DNA of 64,000 nt from assembly GCF_009914755.1 (NCBI RefSeq), contig NC_060926.1. One strand, 5' to 3'. Both the position numbers and the translations under genes were made by a program. Positions 52,093-64,000 of this stretch are shown here, in pieces. The first letter of the stretch is position 1. Each line of letters begins with the position of its first letter. The notes beneath the pieces were generated by a model. That model saw only the letters and a program-made list of their open reading frames with translations, was not told the DNA's origin and searched no databases. This DNA is from the human T2T-CHM13v2.0 reference genome, Homo sapiens.

Positions 52093-53637
52093 GAGTAGCA
52101 AGAGTTTATGATGACAGCCCACTTGTCAAATATGTAATTCACCGAAACCACACCAAGTCCTGCTACTGTAGAGTGGAAATGACTTCTGAATAGCGGTTTT
52201 AGGACAGGTCTGATGGCTGTGTTTAGAGAAGTTTAGACCTAAAACCGAACAATCTGTATTTTTTGCTTTTCATGTGTTTTTGTCCTAGGGGTTCGATCTA
52301 AAATGTTTCTATAATTCGTGTGATGTTTTGCTTCCTATTGAAACTCAAAGGCACTGTTACTCGTTGTGTGACCCCGCAGCCAGTATGATTTTTGATTACT
52401 CAGTGGCTGACTGTTTTGCTCTCTGGATTACTGAGGTGCCGTCTTCATTTCTTCCCATCTCTTCTTGCTGCTTAGTGTCTGTACTAGAGGGTAAGGGAAT
52501 CAAAGGAGACATAAACCAAAATAGTTAATTTTCCCTCTTTCTTGCCTCTGAAATGTGGCTAGGTGTAGAATGATGTTGAAACCACAGGCTAAAATGTAGA
52601 TCTGGAAGTATCTGTGCTTTTGAATTACTTATTTACCTGTCCTCTTACCGTTGGTAAATAATAATTGGCTATATTTGGTACCTGTCTCTCTCCTACTGTA
52701 TTGTCATTTTCAAAATGTGTTTGTTTTCTGGCGCGTGCTGCAAAGAAGCTATTTCTGTTGTCCTACATATTTTAGTATAAATCACTAAGACATATTTCCT
52801 TTCACTTGGCAGGATTCCTTTCAAAATGGAATCTGAGTATTAGACACTAGTTAACATATTTGTGTATATTAAATATGAATTTTTAAAATTTATAAATACT
52901 ATTTTCCAAAAGTACAGACTCTAAGGACATATTTTGATAAAGTATTATTTGTAATGAACACAAGCCTCTCTTGAGTAGAAGTCTAAATCACATTATGATT
53001 ATTTTATACTAGTTCTGCTATCATGCTGTTTTATGCTAATTCTGCTTATTTTAGAGTATTTTTCATTAAAAGGTGAGCAAAGTGAAAGATACTTGGTATT
53101 TTACCCAGATTTCTAAGTGGCAACATTTTTATTCTTCAGAGTCAGGTAAATGACTATAATAGTTTGGTTTCTAATGAAAAGTCAATAGCATTAGCAGTTA
53201 TAATTCTGTTTATAATTTCCTTTCAGCATTTACAGTGAAAAGTGAGAATTTTAAAATTTATGAAATCTATATTCCAGGTATTGTTTTTAGTCTGAAAAAC
53301 AAACTCCCCCATGTGGTATTAATATACCTTCAATTTATGTTGAGTCTTAAACATAATTAGGAGATATTTTTCTCTATTTGCTAGATTTGTTTTGAGTCAA
53401 AACTGATTTAGTGTTCTTCCAAACAACATTTATGTGTTGGCCTACAGAGTTTATTTCATGTGTTTTTTTTAATATTTAATATTATATTACATTCATTGAA
53501 ATCTGTTCAAAAACAGATTAAGACAAACATTTATGATGGTCTGTATCAATCAGCAGATTTTATTGCTTTTCATTATTTTACTGTAAAGGCAAAGAATGCA
53601 ATAGGTGATGGTTGGTTGAAAGGAATTGTTATTGCTG

Positions 53638-53994
<357 letters not shown>

Positions 53995-55028
53995 TGAGGC
54001 TCACTGTTGATGTAGAGTAGGGCAAATCTGTGTGTGTATGTCATTAAAAAAATTCTACCATCTTTCTTTATCATCTGGTGTGGGCGCACTCTACAGTGAC
54101 TTCAGTCTGCTCAGAACGAATGTGGAGGCCGGCCGAAACTGATGCTGCCCACAGTCCCAGTGAAGTTAGGTGGGTTAATTACTGCCATTCCTTTCTAAGT
54201 GTGTTTTATGGCATCCTGCCCACAAAGAACTCACAGTCTGATTAGGATGAACTTAATGACTATTTACACCTCAAAATATATTCAGCAAAGGGTTCACTTA
54301 GTTGCCCCTCATGCTTCACAGGTTGACTAGTATCTGTGGGTACCTCCCTGCCCAGGTTATTCACTCACAAGCCACCGGGCCTTCAGGACATCTCAAGATT
54401 CAGTCTTGACAATATAATAGCAAAAGCTGGACTAAAGCCCAAATGGATTGTCTGTGGCAATGCAGAAGCTGATAGCATTAACAGCAGGGTGTTACAGCAT
54501 AATTGTTAATTCGCACATCTATTAGGATCCTTAAATATTCATTACTTAATGTTAAATTAACATTCTGTGTAGGGAGGGGAGGCTTATTCAATTCTTCTGA
54601 CCTCAGAACTGGCAGAAGGTCAGATGTGACTACAGAACTCTAGGTGAAAAATCAGGTAGGGTTCAAATTAAGTAGAACTGCCCTTGCCGGAATAGTGATC
54701 TTCAAAAAACCCTTGCTTTTAGGGGAGGGAAGCGGGGAAGGAAAGGAATGAGGGAGGAAATATTCCTTTCTAGCATTCATTTTGCTTAGATCACTCCATT
54801 GTGAGTTTGACCATTTTGGAGTCAAATGAGCAGACTTCCAAGGAGTTGACCAGTTTGTGACTAGTCTGGTCACCTTTCCAGTTACAGGATCATATTAACT
54901 GTGTAAATGAATTCATGGGTAGATGATTTGTGCAGATCTGAATTTAAGAACATTTCCTTTTTCTGTGGGAATCACAAGAGTTTATCCACTAAAAAAAGAT
55001 ATGTAAAAAAGATACTTTCCAGCACATA

Positions 55029-55034
55029 AATAAA
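55029..55034 (+). terminator. Candidate poly(A) signal AATAAA
   Basis: Canonical hexamer in the distal 3' UTR. Confidence 0.4.
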
Positions 55035-55281
55035 GGCTGGAATTTTACAACCTGATGTATATATTAGACAGTTCTAGGATGTTAGTTCCCTTCATTCCAG
55101 AGCTATGCTTGTGATACAGCCCCTTTTCTTATAAAGTCAGTTAGAAGGACTTCCTTAACAATGACTATTATAATGTCTTACTTAAAATACAGTTTTGTAT
55201 TCTGTCAATGCAAATATAAGACAGGTTGAGCCTTAATCATGTAACAAAATATTTTGTAGATTACATATTGATTTTTCAAAA

Positions 55282-55287
55282 ATTAAA
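55282..55287 (+). terminator. Candidate distal poly(A) signal ATTAAA
   Basis: Variant hexamer with upstream TGTA motifs and downstream TGTGCTGTG/T-rich sequence. Confidence 0.5.
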
Positions 55288-55558
55288 AATGTATTTCAAA
55301 GTATTCTTACTGTGCTGTGAATTTATATCTTCTTCTGCAAGACCTGGGGCTATTTTTTTTTCTTAAGGTATGAAATCAATTTCAATAACCTTAAACAATT
55401 GACCCTCTGTCAGGCATATGTCAGGCTCCACTCTTAAGGAGTCAGTGACCATGACCTCTTTGCATATCCTGGAAAAATGACATCATCAAAGTATAGTTGA
55501 TAATGTTATAAAGGATGATTTTAAAAATAGGGTATAATCATGACTCACAAAGATATGA

Positions 55559-55933
<375 letters not shown>

Positions 55934-58039
55934 TCACAATTTTTCCTTGAAAACAGGAAAAACTTTGTCCACAGAATTCCATGGAATTTTCAACCTTTGG
56001 CAACTTGTAGAGTAGTCCTGTAGAATTAATGTGCACCTAAAAGCCACATTTTTAAAGTTTAGAAAACCAGTTTTACAAAATTGCACAGAATATATATCAG
56101 GTAAGATATACGTGTGGGTGGTAGGGAGTTGGGGGAGAGTGGAGGAGAGTTGTGCGGGAGTGGAGGGAGGCTGTAGGAGATATGAAGGGAATCAGTGCTT
56201 ATAAAGGACGAACCTAACAACCTCTCCACCCTCCTTTTTATAAGAAATCTGCCTTGTGTTGAAATTAAATTTTTATTGAGCTACTAAAGTTAATATTTCA
56301 AAAAGGCATCAGTACTTCATAGAAGACAGAGCATGAAGCACCATTTTAGCCACTGCTAGCACTCACAAGGCTTGGCCCTAGTTCTTCAGGAACAGCAAAA
56401 GGATTGACTGGCAAAAACTGACCATATTTGTAACAACAGTCCTCAAAATCCCATCAATCAATTCTTCCCTGTTTTGTCTCAACTCTGGCTAGACTGTCCC
56501 ACCGCTTTTGTGTAGACACAGGGTAGATTTTGATGTTGTCTCTCCTAGACCCTCCCCATCCTCTGCAACTACTGTATTCCAAGGAACTTATACCCTTAGC
56601 CAGGGCCCTAAAACACAGGGTTATGTGTATTCTGTTGAATCATATGTAATCGCCAATATTTACCTTTCTTGATGGGAATTTCACGGGCTCAATCTAATTA
56701 TCCACATATTTCCCTAGGTCATATGATACAAGCACTTTTTGTTATCCTGCTTAGAAATGGCAATGAAATATGAATTTGACTAATTTTTAAAGCAAGACAG
56801 AGTTGCTAGTCAAGAAGCAAATAGTTGAATTACAAAAATCCATAGATACAAGCTACAGATAATATTGTGCCTTTAAAATCATCTGTAAGGAATGTAATCA
56901 TTTTCCTCTGTAAGGAAAAGGAAAACTGATTAGATTAATTGCCCCAAGTTTTAAAATATTTCAGTTCATTTCCGTGAGACTTCCTGGGGAAGAAAGGCAC
57001 AGCATCATTAGACTCTGGGTTTTGCTGCTTACCCTTCATGTATCTGCACTCGCACAGCCTTCCAAACTTCAGAGGGAAGAGTGGCTTCTTTAAATAATAT
57101 GACTGTGCGTGTTGACATTTTCCTGAGAAGTCCCTTTTGTAGAACCCAGAATTGTGAACTCCATGAAATGTAATTTGCAGTACATTCTTTAAACAGAAGA
57201 GGGTGCTCTCGGGCAAGCTGATGCTACCCAGCTCTAGAAATATAAGCATTTAAATTTGGTGGTGCTTGTATTATGATTAGTGCAAGATCTTGGGGGCATT
57301 TAATAAAGCATTTCAAAGCATTGTGAGTCCAGTGGAGTATAATTAAAATTAATGCAATAGACAAACACATTAAAGTATTCTTAATGCCTAGTCTAAAAAT
57401 GCTGTCAAATACAGTTTTACACATCCGAAAGATTTAAATACTATGCTTGTCTCTGAACATTTCTAACTGTTACAGAGAAAGAAAAACAGTGTCTTCCTTC
57501 TCCACAGGTTTCAAACAAAATTTTTCTAATGAGAGTTAATAAAATCTTCTTTCTTTAAAAGATTTATAAGATATTATAATTAATTCATCCTGCTTTGGCA
57601 TGTGTCAAGGTCAATGTGGTCTCTAAAAATCTCCAGTCCAGGATTGTACTTTCAGCTTCTTAGGTAAGAACAAGCAAAGATATATGCTTTCAGGAGAATA
57701 TTTCATGCTGCCTTGACTCAGGGACAAGCCTTGGTTCTGTTTCAGTCCTCAGAAAGGAGTAATGAATATTGTTCTTTTCAAGATGGGCTCTGTATTTCTC
57801 TCAGAAATCTCCCTGGGTGGATGTTGTTGTTTTTTGTAAAGCCAGTTAGGACACTCTCTTTCCAAAAGTCTTATATCATGAGTAGTCTATGAGTGTAGCT
57901 GTACGCACGCAGCATTCCCAAAGCCTTCTGAAGTACAGAAGGCTTCCTAAAGACATTGGCTGCCAGTTTGGCACTCTGAGTCACCTCAAAATGCTATGTG
58001 ACCTTCGTTCCAAATAATCATCTTGCTGATCATTCTAAT

Positions 58040-59760
58040 TTTCTTAAGTGCTTACTATATGTCTGCATTTTTCTAGGTACTAGGGACAAGTAATTACAAA
58101 AACAGTTAATTCCTGCTGTTATAGAGAGCATATAATAGTGGGGGAAGTCAGGCAATAAATATCAAGTTGTGATTATTGCTATGCAGAAAAATAAAGCAGG
58201 GTAAAACAATAAAGAGTGGTAGAAGCGTGCCATTTTAGATAGGTTGGTAAGGGACGTTCTCTTTGATGAGATGACATTCTAGCAGCGAGACCTGAAAGAA
58301 ATGAGGTAGAGTGCCACCCAGATCCCCAGGGAAGAGTGTGTCCAGCAGAGGGCTCTGCTAGTGCATAGGTGCGGGACTCGGGGTGCTAACCCGTCAGAGG
58401 AACATCACAGAGGACAGATGGCTGCTGGATGGCCATATCGGAGTGAGCAAGGGGGTGGGATGGAGGTGGAAAGAGATCAGAGAGATTGTGGGGAGGTGGG
58501 GGAGGCAGACCACCTAGGGTTTTGTGGGCCATGGATTTTACTCTGAGTGAGATGGGAGCCCCTGGAAGGCTTTGTGTAGAGGAGGGGTAGAACTTTGTTA
58601 CATGTTAAGATGATCGTGTGGACATAAAAAGGAGGTAGAGGCAGAAGCAAAGAAAGTAGTTAAGAGTCTATTGCAGTATCTCAGGTGTCTTAGTCCTTTC
58701 TTGCTGCTATACCTGAGACTGAGGGATAGCAGAAATTTCTCACAACACAAATTTCTCACAATCTTGGAGGCTGGGAGGTCCAAGATCAAGGTGCCAATAG
58801 ATTCAGTGTCTGGTGAGTGCCTGTCTGTTTCTTATAGTAGGCACGTTCTTGCCGTGTCCTCACATGGCAGGAGGGGCAAAAGGGCTCCCTGAACCCTCTT
58901 TTATAAGGGCACTAATCCTGTTCATAAGGACAGAGCCTTCATACCTAATTACCTCCCAAAGGCCCCACCTTTCACTACCATCATCTTGGGGGTTAGGTTT
59001 CAATATATGAATTTTGCGTGGGACACAAACATTCAGATGATAGCATCAGGTGAGAGGTGACGGTGATTGAGAGTGGTGACAGGAGATGAAAAATGGTTGA
59101 ATTCAGAACATATTTGAAATATGGAGCCAATAGTATATGCCGATGGATTAGATGTGGCGCGTGAGGGAAAGAAGGGAACCAAAACAACTGCCAGATTTTT
59201 GGCCTGAGCAACGAAAGAGTGGAGTTGATTTTATGGACGAGGGGAAGGGTGTTGTAGGAGCAGGTTTTGGGGAGAAAGATCAGGAATTCATGTTTGGATG
59301 TGTTAACTTTGAGATGCCTATTAGACGTCTAATGGAGACAGCAAGTAGCAATTGAATGTACAAGGCAGGAAAGAGGGCTGGGATAAAGATGCGCCTCTTA
59401 GAGATATCAGCGCTTTCAGCCATGGGACTAACTGGGATCACCTGGGAGTAAATATACACTAGGAGTGGGCTGAGAATTGAGCCCTTGGGCTCCCTGGAGT
59501 TTAGAGGTCAGGAAAATGAGGGCAATGTCATAAAGGACACTGAGGAAGAGTAGCTGGAGTAGAAGAAAAAAGAGAATGGCATTCATTCCAGGGGTCAAGT
59601 GAAAAAGGATGTAATGAGTTTCCTCAAATGCTGCTGCTAGAGTAAGATGAGGACTGAGAGTTGACTACTGAATCTAGCAACATGGAAATGGTGACCTTGA
59701 CAGAAACAGTGTCATTGAAGTGAGAGCAATGGAAGCAAACTCAAGCAGGTTTGGACTCAG
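58040..59760 (-). mobile_element. L2 with nested MaLR LTR
   Basis: Long purine-rich L2 body (gatgagatgacatt.., tttgagatgcctattagac..). Confidence 0.75.
58686..59045 (-). mobile_element. MaLR LTR (MLT1A/MSTD-like)
   Basis: TG...CA with exact TSD TCAGG. Confidence 0.85.
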
Positions 59761-59774
59761 GGAGTAAATGGCTT

Positions 59775-61095
<1,321 letters not shown>

Positions 61096-62319
61096 TGAGA
61101 TCTCAATACTTCCCTGACATCCCTTAAGACTCAAGTCTTGATACTTTGTCTGCTCTCTGGCTCTTTCTTTGTCATTACTATTATTTTTATCTTCTTGATG
61201 TTGACTCTTGCTAAAATTTTTTGTCTTCCTTATTGTTAATGCTTATAGAAAATGATTCCTTGTTATCTTTTAGCCCATGTCATCCGAATCATTTGCTGTT
61301 TCTAGCCTAGGTGCTTTGACTATGCCAGCTTGTATTTCTTCAGAATTTTCATTAACTATATGTGTGGTATTGTAGGCATTACATATTTTAAAATAAATTT
61401 AGCCATTGCTTCAATCACATCCTGCTTTGTTTTAAAATTTTTCTTGGTTGAATTTCACTGGGTCAATGTCATTTCATATTAGGATGGTAATCCCACTTCA
61501 AATTTTCTTATCAAATTCAGAATAATTATAAACCAGTTGCTGGTTTCATAATCTTAAGAATGCCAACAAAGTTCCTGCAGGATAAAAAAAGCACACCTAT
61601 TTATTCATAGTTTTTATATCTACCTAATAGTTTGAACTTCGATTCTTTATTATAGATGATACACTAATATTCTATGTAAATAATTGTCCAGTAATTAATA
61701 AGTGAATTTTAATAAAATTAAAGTATCTGTGAAAGGTACAATTTAGGCAACTGTGAAATCATACTATTAGTGGGATATTTTATTGTTTTGATTCATTATT
61801 TATTTTAAAGCTGTTTTGTATGGTTCAAATAAGGAGGTGATCAAAATATTATTTCACGACTCACATGGCTTATTGTCACACACAGGGAATTTTTTCCATG
61901 ATGTTTAAAGAGGGAAAGAATCACAAGAACAAATCTCATAGGGAATACACTTGATAGATGAAGTACATTAACCATGTAATGAATGAGTTCCAAAATTACT
62001 AAAGCCTAGTTGCTCAATTAGGATGAATGCAGGCTCTATGGAAAGTGAAAGCTAGTTGAAGTGTCAGGTATGAGTGTAAGAGAGGATTTTGGGAGAGATA
62101 GCTTGATCAACACAACAGAGATCCATGCAGACACAGGAGGTCCCTCCATGCAAGAGTGTGGGTGTTGCTGCTGAGTCTTCGGAGATGACCCCAAAGGCTA
62201 ACAGGATGTAGTCCTGCCATACCTGGAGCTCACGATCTTTGGAGAAGCAACTCAACAGAGTGCAGTCATGCCATGGCCTAATCTCTCAAAGTGTCTGCCA
62301 AACTATTAGATTTGTAGGT

Positions 62320-62675
62320 AAGTCATGCATTACTTACCAATGGGAAAATGTACAAAATGAGAAATGTGTTGTTAGGAGACTTCGTTGTTGTGCAAGCATC
62401 ATAGAATTTACTGACACAAACCTAGATAGTATAGCCCACTACACACCTAAGCTATACAGTATGGTCTATTGCTCCTAGGCTACAAACATGTTTTTGGTAA
62501 CAGCATGCTACTATACTGAATACTGTAGGCAGTAGTAATACAATGGTTTTGTGTATCGAAACATATCTAAACAAAGAAAAGATACAGTAAAACTATGGTA
62601 TTATAATCTCATGGGACTACCATTTTATAAGCCGTCCCTCATTGACAGAAACATTGTTATGAAGCACACCACTGT
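62320..62675 (+). mobile_element. Tigger3a/MER7A-like DNA transposon
   Basis: acacaaacctagatagtatagcc..ttgctcctaggctacaaac..tactgaatactgtaggc motifs. Confidence 0.8.
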
Positions 62676-62990
62676 ATTTTGGAGTCCAGTAGTTGAAGTC
62701 AGTAGTTCACATATGGGGTTTGATAAGGTGTGATGTAACATTCTCGGAGGAAGTGGGAGTACATCGCAAGTTCTTATCATAGTAAAACATATGTCACTCA
62801 TAGCAAACTATACATGTGTTAGGAATAATTTCAAAGCTGTGCAACAAAAACAGTTCACAATTAAAATAGAAGAATAAACTTCAATTTAAAAATATTATTA
62901 CTCAAAAATAGTAAATATTTAATGTATAAAGTAATGAAACAAAACTTACTAAACAAAAATATTACATCTTGCAATTCACACTCCATTTTA

Positions 62991-63922
<932 letters not shown>

Positions 63923-64000
63923 CTAAGAAACTAAAAAAAATGCTGATTTGAATCTTTCATTTGCATTATTAAAACTCAACAATTATTATACTTATTGTTT

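Overview
Human, or very close great-ape, genomic DNA covering the body of STON1 (stonin-1, 2p16.3) on the + strand. The full 735-aa CDS can be assembled from three GT-AG exons: 37403-39332, 48443-48645 and 52018-52092 (2208 nt). A ~3.2-kb 3' UTR follows, then intergenic DNA that is also intronic to the known STON1-GTF2A1L read-through; GTF2A1L itself is not in the window. The first 37 kb are 5' intron containing a probable internal promoter and a MIR-derived first exon with a GC donor (~25.6-25.85 kb). The rest is typical primate repeat landscape: about 50 Alus, L1M/L2/MIR, MaLR/ERV LTRs, MER/Tigger/MADE1 DNA elements and microsatellites. Apart from the STON1 exon-2 ORF, none of the supplied ORFs looks like a real gene. 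I see no convincing undescribed biological system. The best leads are a pure (TTC)33 tract in an Alu tail, the MIR/GC-donor first exon, a rare GAG acceptor with a competing in-frame TAG, a tiny L1-retroposed LTR-mRNA 3' end, a nested abutting inverted Alu pair, two perfect hairpins and a 146-bp tandem duplication. Repeat subfamily names come from recalled consensus sequences, and repeat boundaries are approximate.
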